From IMG/VR virus record IMGVR_UViG_3300042485_001768: 64,000 nucleotides of DNA, one strand, 5' to 3'. The DNA is from a virus. Lineage: Duplodnaviria; Heunggongvirae; Uroviricota; Caudoviricetes. The notes beneath the pieces are model-generated. The model was not told where the DNA came from. It did no database searches and saw only the letters and a list, made by a program, of their open reading frames with translations. Of the stretch, positions 56,218 through 64,000 are shown piece by piece (positions within the stretch are counted from its first letter, which is position 1; the number at the start of each line of letters is the position of its first letter). The translations under genes were made by a program, and so were the position numbers.

Positions 56218-57162
56218 ATGGAGAAGATAATTTATTGTATTATCAATAAAAATATGAACTCCGAAGATACTGCTTTTGGGAATAGGATGTATATATGGAC
56301 TCAACTTTATTATGTGTCTTATAGAACTAATTTTGAGTATAAAATTGCGGTTCAAAAAGAGAAATGGCCAGAATTAAAATTTTTAAATTTACCAAATACC
56401 ATTGCATTAAAAGAAGAATATTTTTGTAAAAATGAAAAAGTATATAAAATTAGTGAAAGTCACCTTAAACTAATAATTCATAAAAATAATATTGAGTATT
56501 TAAAAACTAATAATTATTGGTATCTAGATGAATGGTTGATCTATGAAGGTCAATATGATAAACTCAATCTTCCAAATCCATATTCTTTGATAAAATTTAA
56601 AAATCCATCTATAAATGATATTTTGAGTGAATATTTCAAATCTTTTGTTTCTATTCACATTAGAAGATATCACGGAACATATTATACTGAAGATGATTTG
56701 AGTGAAATGCCTTTAAATTTAAGGGAACAATATTTAAAAGAATCTTATTTTCCAACAACATTAACACATTACACTTATATAAAAGATGCTGTTTATTTTA
56801 AAATAATAGAAAAATTAATAAATTCCAATGAAAATGTAAAAATTTACATTAGCACCGATTTACCTTTAAAATTTTATAAACACTATAAAACAAGATACTT
56901 TAAAAAAAATATAAAAGATAAGTATGATTACTACGAAAAATTTAAGAACATTTTAAAGCAATGTTTTACTGATGATTATATTGATAATAATAAGAAAATA
57001 GTTGAAGATTTATTAGACTTTTTTGTTATTGCTTATTCTAAATTTATCATTATGCCAAATTACTCTACTTGGAGCAGAATTGCTAAAAAAGTCAAAAATA
57101 CTAAATGTCTCAACTTACCTATTTCCGAGGTTGCACTAGAACTTTTACAATTTAGGATATGA
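56218..57162 (+). CDS. glycosyltransferase family 11 (alpha-1,2-fucosyltransferase)-like protein, diverged paralog
   Basis: 314 aa, extremely AT/Lys/Asn/Tyr-rich. SIHIRRYHGTYY is a degenerate HxRRGD motif I. C-terminal IIMPNYSTWSRIAKK resembles the GT11 SNSTFSWW motif. Confidence 0.4.
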   Translation: MEKIIYCIINKNMNSEDTAFGNRMYIWTQLYYVSYRTNFEYKIAVQKEKWPELKFLNLPNTIALKEEYFCKNEKVYKISESHLKLIIHKNNIEYLKTNNYWYLDEWLIYEGQYDKLNLPNPYSLIKFKNPSINDILSEYFKSFVSIHIRRYHGTYYTEDDLSEMPLNLREQYLKESYFPTTLTHYTYIKDAVYFKIIEKLINSNENVKIYISTDLPLKFYKHYKTRYFKKNIKDKYDYYEKFKNILKQCFTDDYIDNNKKIVEDLLDFFVIAYSKFIIMPNYSTWSRIAKKVKNTKCLNLPISEVALELLQFRI

Positions 57163-57298
57163 CACTTAAAAAAGTGACCATTGAACCTTTAAATAGGTGT
57201 TAAAGATAGTATACTATGAGAGGTTCGATAGAAATGAACCCATTTATTGACAAACCCCAACATTTAACCTAGACTAAAAAAGTTCTTTAAATCAAAAA

Positions 57299-57532
57299 AT
57301 GAAGTATCTCTACATCGTTGACTATTGGATTCCATTTCCTTCCTCTGAATATGGTGGTCTCTTTAACGTAATTGCTGAAAGCGATACTGAGTGCCATGAT
57401 ATTCTTTTAGATTGGAGAGAAGAATATGATAGTGAATATGATAGTCGTATTATGGAACGAGTTGTTTCTGCACCTAAGTTCTTACTCGCAGAAAATCAAG
57501 AGTCCCGAATTGTAGAAAGTTTTACCACTTGA
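57299..57532 (+). CDS. hypothetical small protein
   Basis: 77 aa ORF. Confidence 0.3.
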   Translation: MKYLYIVDYWIPFPSSEYGGLFNVIAESDTECHDILLDWREEYDSEYDSRIMERVVSAPKFLLAENQESRIVESFTT

Positions 57533-57694
57533 TATGACACACCATAACGTCTCTCACGCAAACAACATTCTTAAAGAGTTGAAAGAACAACATCAAAAAA
57601 GAATTGAATATCTAGAAAGTAAAATTGAAGACATGCAAACTGAGATTGAAATTCTCAACACCTATCAAAATAGAATTTACGACTGTTAATCATT

Positions 57695-57892
57695 ATGAAT
57701 CTTGAATTAAATGAAATCCGAGAAGATTGTATTACAAATGTAGAAAACTATTTTTGTAGTAGGATTATTGATCATATGGATTGTGGCAATCTCTTTGATG
57801 CCCAAGCAATTCACGAAGAATTTGTGATTGATGAAGAAGATATTCCCAAAAATTGGTTGTTTTTGAACGACCTTACTGGTGATGATTATTGA
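57695..57892 (+). CDS. hypothetical small protein
   Basis: 65 aa ORF. Confidence 0.25.
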   Translation: MNLELNEIREDCITNVENYFCSRIIDHMDCGNLFDAQAIHEEFVIDEEDIPKNWLFLNDLTGDDY

Positions 57893-58184
57893 AGAAGGAA
57901 AATTGGTCAAATACAAAGATTATGTTGGAAAAATCAAATTTATTACAACAGAATATTTGACTATATGTAATCCTGGTTCTCGTTGGGACATTTGTGTTGT
58001 TGTTTATTCTACAGATTTTCATTTAATTCATGAAGTACCAAGTAACGTACAAAAATCCTAAAAATAAAGAGGGATTTTACTCAAACCAAAAAGCAGTATT
58101 TTTAGATGTGTCTGATGCAATTATGTGGCAAGAACATGTTAAAAAACAAGGGGCAATTGATATTGAAATGGTAGTTGACTTCTC

Positions 58185-58376
58185 ATGAAACTCATTCAAA
58201 CTTGTGGTTCTTATAATCCAGATGATGGGTACTCTATTTGTATTGCCCTTAGTGAAAGACATGTCATTACATTAGATGGACTGAATGAAGAAGATATGTT
58301 AGAATTAAAGTCTTGCATTGATTGCATGATTTTTGATCTATATGAAGAAGAAGAACTTTATGAAGGAGAATTCTAA
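58185..58376 (+). CDS. hypothetical small protein
   Basis: 63 aa ORF. Confidence 0.25.
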   Translation: MKLIQTCGSYNPDDGYSICIALSERHVITLDGLNEEDMLELKSCIDCMIFDLYEEEELYEGEF

Positions 58377-58584
58377 GTCCTTTTGGAGATGGTGGGCAAA
58401 GGCATTAGGGGAGAAAGCTTCTAAATGCGATCGAGAGTCGGATACTGTTGCACGTATCCGAACTTTTATTTTTTTAACTTACTTGATTACTAACTTTTTT
58501 ATTGTGGCTGGAGTTATCAGACATTGGAATGATTCACCTATAGAAATTAAAATTGAAGTTCTTGATGACCCCAAAATGATCTAA
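58333..58584 (+). CDS. small membrane protein
   Basis: 83 aa with a hydrophobic helix (IFLTYLITNFFIVAGVI). Confidence 0.3.
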   Translation: MIYMKKKNFMKENSKSFWRWWAKALGEKASKCDRESDTVARIRTFIFLTYLITNFFIVAGVIRHWNDSPIEIKIEVLDDPKMI

Positions 58585-58627
58585 CAATAGTCATTATTAA
58601 ATAAATAAATTATCGTTTTATATTAAT

Positions 58628-59728
58628 ATGATTAAAATAAGATTAGAGCACAATGCAACTGGAAATGGATTGGGTTATCAAATATCTTCATATGTTTTGC
58701 TTAAAAGTCTTGCAAAACACTTTGGGTATGAATACGGTACTGATGAGTTCGAATTCTTAAATTTAAGATCAACTTTTGAGGGTGTCTCCTTTGATGGTAC
58801 AACAAGACCTGACACAGAATACGATAAGTTTCTTGAATTTTCGGATAATGAGTCTTTTGATACTATTGTAAGTAAAGGTCTTGAAGATGAAAGTTTGATA
58901 TTTGGATATCCAAGTCCAACAAATTTTTACAAAAAGGAATACTTTGAAGAAGTAAAAAAAGATTTGGTATTTCGTAAAATTATAAAAGATAAGTGTTCAG
59001 AATTTGTTAATAAATTTGAAGGACAAGAAATCATATCCTTACACATAAGAAGGGGAGATTTTTTAGATCCAATTAGCGGAATGTTTGTTTGTGGTGATGA
59101 TTATTATCAGAACGCATTAAAACTTCTTCCAGAAGATGCAAAAGTTTTTATATTCACAAATGATAAAGAATATGTAAAAAATAATCCACTCTATCAAGAT
59201 GACAGATTTGTATTGATAACTGATATCTACAATGACAACCAACCAATTAATTGTGATTATGGCCAATTAATTGATAAAATGCTTGATTTTAGTGGTCATT
59301 CTAGATTTAATTATAAGTTTGTTATCTCTCAAATTGCAGCAAAAGAAGTACGTACCATAAAATCTATTGTCGATGAACTTCATCCAAAATATTTGGAAAA
59401 ACTAAAAAATAAACTATATAATCATTCATTTGATTTGTGTTTGATGACAATGTGTGATTATCACATTTCAGCAAATAGCACATTTGGTATGTGGGGAACG
59501 ACATTATCTAATAGTAAAAAAGTCATATATCCAAAGTATTGGATGCATGGACATGTACCAAATCCTTTGGAACTTGAGAGAAAATTGGATCTTGGTGATT
59601 ATGACCAGACTAAAGATATTGGTGGAGAATTCATGCGTGACCAACAAAAGAATTCTATTGGTATTGAAAATCCAGACCAAATTATAAGTCAACTAGAAAG
59701 TGAAATAAATACTATAAAGGGTGTATAG
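58628..59728 (+). CDS. glycosyltransferase family 11 alpha-1,2-fucosyltransferase-like protein
   Basis: 366 aa. ISLHIRRGDFLDP matches the GT11 HxRRGD(Y/F) motif I. DYHISANSTFGMWGTTLSN matches the GT11 C-terminal SNSTFSWW motif. Confidence 0.65.
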   Translation: MIKIRLEHNATGNGLGYQISSYVLLKSLAKHFGYEYGTDEFEFLNLRSTFEGVSFDGTTRPDTEYDKFLEFSDNESFDTIVSKGLEDESLIFGYPSPTNFYKKEYFEEVKKDLVFRKIIKDKCSEFVNKFEGQEIISLHIRRGDFLDPISGMFVCGDDYYQNALKLLPEDAKVFIFTNDKEYVKNNPLYQDDRFVLITDIYNDNQPINCDYGQLIDKMLDFSGHSRFNYKFVISQIAAKEVRTIKSIVDELHPKYLEKLKNKLYNHSFDLCLMTMCDYHISANSTFGMWGTTLSNSKKVIYPKYWMHGHVPNPLELERKLDLGDYDQTKDIGGEFMRDQQKNSIGIENPDQIISQLESEINTIKGV

Positions 59729-59939
59729 AATCATGTCAGAAAGAGCAGAACGTTTATCTAATCTTTATTTAAATACTTTGGCTCTCACTTCTAGAAGAAC
59801 CAGGTTAAAAAAACATCAAGTTGGTGCTAAAGCACTTGCAACCTTTTTGTCTGCAGTTATTGATGAATGTGAAACAATGACTATGAAAACCAGTAAGGAA
59901 ATTTATCAGATTATAGATGAGCTTGAAAACATTGATTAA
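59721..59939 (+). CDS. hypothetical small protein
   Basis: 72 aa ORF. Confidence 0.3.
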   Translation: MYRIMSERAERLSNLYLNTLALTSRRTRLKKHQVGAKALATFLSAVIDECETMTMKTSKEIYQIIDELENID

Positions 59940-60215
59940 TCAGACAGTGTGCCTGGTGTCACAGACAAACCCAACGAAGCAAGTCTAGCCCCTATACTGT
60001 GGGAGTAATCGACGGAGCACTCCTACGATGTCTCTCTCCTTCCCATCTAGGTCGCATCATACCGCAGCACTGTACGATGCCTGTAAACTAATTGTAGACA
60101 CATATAACAATACAGATCTTCTTGATCTTTATGAGGAAAAAGGTCTTGGTGATGCTTATCAATTATCATCAACATGTCGGGAAATCATCAATCTTATTGT
60201 TGAGGGGTCTATCAA

Positions 60216-60392
60216 ATGAAACCCTATCCTCTTGGTTTGGACAATCCCTACGTTATCCGTGGTATTATTGGTAGTTCGCGGTGGGGATTGTATCGTCGTG
60301 AACCGTTTGAGAAAGTTGCTGAATTTGCTTCTCAAACACAAGCATACGATGCCCGTCGTGCTATTTTAAAAATTCAGGGTTATGATTCATGA
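60216..60392 (+). CDS. hypothetical small protein (58 aa)
   Basis: Hand-translated MKPYPLGLDNPYVIRGIIGSSRWGLYRREPFEKV... ORF overlapping the upstream stop (ATGA). Confidence 0.25.
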   Translation: MKPYPLGLDNPYVIRGIIGSSRWGLYRREPFEKVAEFASQTQAYDARRAILKIQGYDS

Positions 60393-60510
60393 AGTATTTT
60401 ATTGGTTTTGGACTTTTTGCAATGGTTGGATGGAATGTTTTTTTGATTCAACGCGATCAAAGTCTTTTCAAAACATATGATGCTTGCACACAATTTACAT
60501 ATCATCCTGA

Positions 60511-60708
60511 TTGCCCTTACAACAAATGAAACCTAAATTTCGCACTGTATTAGAAATGGCACTTGAAGAAGGTGTTCGATTTGGTTGGAACCGTGCCCAT
60601 AAACACAATTCTAATCCTGATGTAGATGCTGCTGCTGATGCCATTGTGTCGGAGATTATGAACTCTCTTGACACTTGGTTTGAGATGGAGGATGGAGTTT
60701 ACAAATGA
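60511..60708 (+). CDS. hypothetical small protein
   Basis: 65 aa ORF. Confidence 0.3.
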   Translation: MPLQQMKPKFRTVLEMALEEGVRFGWNRAHKHNSNPDVDAAADAIVSEIMNSLDTWFEMEDGVYK

Positions 60709-61304
60709 AATATAAAGAATATAATGAACTTGAAGAAAAAGATATTGATTTGATTTGTGATTATCTTTTGAATCCTTCAACTAATGCAAATCAAGATAAG
60801 CAACGAAGAAAAGAACTTTACGATTTAAATATTGTAAAAAAAACAAAAACCAATGAAACAAATCAGAAGTATTTGAGTGGTCCTCTTGGTGAAGCGATTG
60901 TTCGATTATACTTTGATAAAATTGATAAAATTTTTATTCCTAAACCACCAGAAGTAAAATATTTTAATTCACAAAAAGAATTGATTGTTCTTCGTCCTGA
61001 TGGTTTGCATGTTAGGGGAGAGTATAACATTTGGATTGAATCTAAAATGAGGTCATATTTTTCTGATGGAACAGCACATGAAAAAATTCATGGTGTCCCA
61101 GAAAAATATTGTCATATGCATGGAAAACTAATGCTATTTCTTCTTGCTGATGATGAGCATAAGTATAATAAAAATTGGACTAAACTTCGTCGCGGAGAAA
61201 TCTTACCACAGAATAAATGTGAAGAATATCATATGTTGGGAGATTTAGAGGTTCTTGACTCTATTGTTCTTGGAACAGAAGTTGCAAAAGTTTTAAAAGC
61301 ATAA
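60705..61304 (+). CDS. hypothetical protein with possible PD-(D/E)XK nuclease core
   Basis: 199 aa. VLRPDGLHVRGEYNIWIESKMR fits a (P)D...E.K nuclease core. Sits immediately upstream of dam. Confidence 0.3.
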   Translation: MKYKEYNELEEKDIDLICDYLLNPSTNANQDKQRRKELYDLNIVKKTKTNETNQKYLSGPLGEAIVRLYFDKIDKIFIPKPPEVKYFNSQKELIVLRPDGLHVRGEYNIWIESKMRSYFSDGTAHEKIHGVPEKYCHMHGKLMLFLLADDEHKYNKNWTKLRRGEILPQNKCEEYHMLGDLEVLDSIVLGTEVAKVLKA

Positions 61305-61329
61305 TAAAATAGTAAAAATATCATTAATC

Positions 61330-62142
61330 ATGAACAAATCCTTTCTCAAATGGGCAGGAAATAAGTATCGGGTTCTTCAACATATTTTACCCGAAATTCA
61401 ATTCCCCAATCAATTTATTGAACCTTTTATTGGGTCTGCCTCTGTAACTCTTAATGTTTGTGCAGATACTTATGTGATTAATGATTTTAATAATGATTTA
61501 ATTTCATTATATTCTTTTATACTTCACGATAATTCATTTATTGATGATTGTGAAAATTATTTTTATAATAAAAACACTGAGGAATTATATTATTCTTGTC
61601 GTGAGGAGTTTAATACAACCGATGACAAAAGACTTAAAGCAATGTTGTTTGTCTATTTGAATCGTCATTGTTTCAATGGACTTACACGTTATAATAAATC
61701 TGGTCAGTTTAATGTTCCTTATGGAAAATATAAGTCTCTTTATTTTCCAAAAAAAGAGATGGAAAACTTTAAGACAAATTTAAATCAAAGAAGTATTCAG
61801 TTATTTTCTGGTGATTTTGCAAATCCGAAAATTTATACTAATCTAACTGAGGATACAGTTGTTTATTTTGACCCCCCATATCTACCACTGACGAATACCG
61901 CAAATTTTAGTGATTATGCAACTGGTGGATTCTCTTATGATGACCAAGTAAGACTTAAAAATTTGGCATTAGGTCTACAATCTCAGGGAGTAAAAGTTAT
62001 TATTAGTAATCATGATACTGAGGTGTCTAGAGAATTATATTCTTCTGCTTCTAGAATTCACAGTTTTAATGTTGGTAGATTTATTGCAGCAAAAGGAGTG
62101 TCAAGGCAACCCGTTAAAGAAATACTTGCTGTTTTTTGTTGA
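61330..62142 (+). CDS. dam: Dam-type DNA N6-adenine methyltransferase (alpha class)
   Basis: 270 aa. LKWAGNKYRVL (motif X), EPFIGSASV (motif I FxGxG) and DPPY (motif IV) in alpha-class order, typical of T4/E. coli Dam. Confidence 0.85.
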   Translation: MNKSFLKWAGNKYRVLQHILPEIQFPNQFIEPFIGSASVTLNVCADTYVINDFNNDLISLYSFILHDNSFIDDCENYFYNKNTEELYYSCREEFNTTDDKRLKAMLFVYLNRHCFNGLTRYNKSGQFNVPYGKYKSLYFPKKEMENFKTNLNQRSIQLFSGDFANPKIYTNLTEDTVVYFDPPYLPLTNTANFSDYATGGFSYDDQVRLKNLALGLQSQGVKVIISNHDTEVSRELYSSASRIHSFNVGRFIAAKGVSRQPVKEILAVFC

Positions 62143-62432
62143 GACTCAGACCAATTATCGATCTGGCACACCCCACCTTCACAGGTGGGGTGTTTTGCTT
62201 TATAATATCAACAGTTAAATCAAAATCCATGTCCAGCAACTCTTCCTCTTCCTCCAGCGGTATCGGTTTTCCTGGTCTGCTGACTGTTCTGTTTATTGGT
62301 CTGAAACTTACTGGTCATATTACTTGGCCCTGGGTCTGGGTTCTTTCTCCCCTGTGGATTAGTGCTTTGATTGGTCTTACTATTATTGCTATCATTTTGA
62401 TTGTTGGTGTTGCCTCTGGCATCTGGAAGTGA
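62136..62432 (+). CDS. small membrane protein with Ser-rich linker
   Basis: 98 aa with two TM-like helices (VFCFIISTV, LSPLWISALIGLTIIAIILIVGV). The terminator hairpin lies inside its 5' end, so the true start may be the internal Met. Confidence 0.3.
   Translation: MLRLRPIIDLAHPTFTGGVFCFIISTVKSKSMSSNSSSSSSGIGFPGLLTVLFIGLKLTGHITWPWVWVLSPLWISALIGLTIIAIILIVGVASGIWK
62168..62200 (+). terminator. rho-independent terminator
   Basis: ACACCCCACC-TTCACA-GGTGGGGTGT 10-bp perfect stem followed by TTTTGCTTT, 26 nt after the dam stop. Confidence 0.7.
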
Positions 62433-62598
62433 TACGAAAAATTCTTAATCAGTTTCCTGCTCGCTATGGATCTTATTCTGCTGAAGGTAACAAAATCCGT
62501 AGGACATTCTCCAACGGTTTTAGTTACATCGTAGAAGAATGTAAGTCACCACAAGAAGCACAACGCATCGTAAAAGATCTCAATCAACTTTTAAGCAA

Positions 62599-62886
62599 AT
62601 GACTGAAACCAAAACCTATCCCTATCTGAAGTACATTCCACACTTTGTTGCACTTAGAATAGTTGTACTTGGTCCGTTTGCCATTGCACAAGCAACGGCA
62701 GAGTTCATCTCCAACTCTCTGGACAAAGTGTGCCATAAGATTGATAAATTTCTTCCATCACCTTATGTTGAAAAGCAAGTAGAATGGGATCAGTTGCCCA
62801 AACGAAATCAAGAAGCGATTGAACAACTTGCAAAAGCACGGGACACTACCAAAGAACGAATTCTCATTCAAACTGTGAAACCATGA
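62599..62886 (+). CDS. hypothetical small protein
   Basis: 95 aa ORF. Confidence 0.3.
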   Translation: MTETKTYPYLKYIPHFVALRIVVLGPFAIAQATAEFISNSLDKVCHKIDKFLPSPYVEKQVEWDQLPKRNQEAIEQLAKARDTTKERILIQTVKP

Positions 62887-63140
62887 CTAAAATCCAACTC
62901 AAAGCAATCACAGTTACATACACCAGAACTCTCACAGTTTCTCCCACAACTGAAATGTTTGAGGACTGGGAGGATTATCCAGATCAAGAAGCATTTGAGA
63001 GTTTAGTGCTTAATGAATTGTTTGATAAAATCCATTATGAGATGGGAGGACCTGCAAATCCTATGCCTTACACTAATGTAGAGCAGTTTGAAACCGTTGA
63101 GATTGACTGGGGGAGTGATGAAGAGGAGGATGAAGAATGA
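62883..63140 (+). CDS. hypothetical small acidic protein
   Basis: 85 aa ORF with an overlapping start. Confidence 0.3.
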   Translation: MTKIQLKAITVTYTRTLTVSPTTEMFEDWEDYPDQEAFESLVLNELFDKIHYEMGGPANPMPYTNVEQFETVEIDWGSDEEEDEE

Positions 63141-63415
63141 CTGAAGAACTCCCAGTATCAAACGAATTCGTCACATTTGTAAGAATTCAACTTGACCACG
63201 AACAAAAGCAACAACTCAATCGTTTCCTAAATCTCCATTATCTTGGTGATGTGAATTGTAATGAGTATGATGAGAACTTCAAACTTGTTCCCAAATACCC
63301 AGAGAAAGAAACAGAAGAGTTCAAAGATGCTATGTGGAGAGCAGGTATGTGTGTAGATTATCAAGTCAAAGTGGTTTATGATGTGAATGGTGGTTGTAAA
63401 TTGGAGTTGCTATGA
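63137..63415 (+). CDS. hypothetical small protein
   Basis: 92 aa ORF. Confidence 0.3.
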   Translation: MTEELPVSNEFVTFVRIQLDHEQKQQLNRFLNLHYLGDVNCNEYDENFKLVPKYPEKETEEFKDAMWRAGMCVDYQVKVVYDVNGGCKLELL

Positions 63416-63669
63416 AGTTATTTCAATACGATAAAAAGGTTTGGGATGATGGTGATACTGACCGCACTTGGCAGTTTGGTATCATCAACAATAAAACATT
63501 ACTCTGGGTTCATTATGAAAATCCCAGTCGTTTAGTTTTTAGTGATGGTGGATTACACATCCTATTCTCATTCTTTACTAATTCTTTATTTGGTGTAGAT
63601 TTTCAAGTTGCTAAGATTGGTTTGAGTTTCAACTTTTTTACTGAATACTTTGATGGGTGGGATGAATGA
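63412..63669 (+). CDS. hypothetical small protein
   Basis: 85 aa ORF. Confidence 0.3.
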   Translation: MKLFQYDKKVWDDGDTDRTWQFGIINNKTLLWVHYENPSRLVFSDGGLHILFSFFTNSLFGVDFQVAKIGLSFNFFTEYFDGWDE

Positions 63670-63881
63670 CTGACGAACAAATCCTTGAACTTGTGAGATT
63701 TCACTTTGAAGAGGGTGGGTTGAGAGACGATGGTAGTTGTTCTGAATATTTCGGAACTCCTGAAGATTTTATTGAGTTTGCCCAAGCAATTTATGAAATG
63801 GGTAATGAAAATGGTTGGGAAAGTCACCAAGAAAGTGTATACTTGAACTCCTCTTATCCTACTGATTATAACTATGACTGA
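63666..63881 (+). CDS. hypothetical small protein
   Basis: 71 aa ORF. A further ORF begins at 63878 and runs off the window. Confidence 0.3.
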   Translation: MTDEQILELVRFHFEEGGLRDDGSCSEYFGTPEDFIEFAQAIYEMGNENGWESHQESVYLNSSYPTDYNYD

Positions 63882-64000
63882 CGCAGCATACAAAGTTTGG
63901 GAAGCATTCAAAGGTGAATTGATTGTTGAACCCACAGATGATATGAAAGAAGCACTTGCTACTGCTATCCGTGAGATTGCTGACCAACTTTATTTTGACC

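Noticed and set aside
1-64000. CRISPR array or other short tandem DNA repeat arrays
   Set aside because: No regularly spaced direct repeats with unique spacers were seen. Repetition in this window is at the protein-paralog level (tandem gene duplications), not short DNA repeats.

Overview
This 64 kb window is a very AT-rich stretch of a T4-like myovirus genome. The gene content (PhoH, several 2OG-Fe(II) oxygenases, a prohibitin-like protein, tRNAs flanked by HNH endonucleases) resembles marine cyanomyophages and pelagimyophages. Genes are tightly packed and mostly on the + strand, with many ATGA/TAATG start-stop overlaps.

Layout, left to right:
- phoH, a PD-(D/E)XK-like nuclease, the gp59 helicase loader and gp32 SSB, with an H-type pseudoknot in the gp32 leader.
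- A divergent minus-strand baseplate/head-completion block: gp53-like with a C-terminal repeat domain, gp48-like, gp4.
- A long plus-strand baseplate hub/tail module: gp26-like, two tape-measure-like proteins (the second carrying lytic transglycosylase and M15 peptidase domains), gp27-like, gp5-like OB-fold spike, a beta-helix protein and two paralogous FDIPHPTK-motif proteins.
- A tRNA island: one aberrant tRNA-like element, an HNH endonuclease and tRNA-Thr(UGU), followed by a strong terminator.
- A 1945-aa tail fibre ending in a self-cleaving intramolecular-chaperone domain.
- A beta-class DNA methyltransferase split across two frames, a UvsW-type helicase, and several 2OG-Fe(II) oxygenases.
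- An extended RNA-repair cluster: Rnl1, HNH, P-loop polynucleotide kinase, HAD phosphatase, a second KxDG ligase with an N-terminal OB domain, and a calcineurin-like phosphoesterase.
- A radical-SAM / carbamoyltransferase / duplicated SGNH-like cluster.
- Tandem tail-collar proteins, an SPFH/prohibitin protein, an HExxH protein and two GT11 fucosyltransferase-like genes.
- A Dam methyltransferase preceded by a possible PD-(D/E)XK protein.

Several rho-independent terminators and tandem paralog pairs are visible. All calls below are from motif reading only; no database search was possible.
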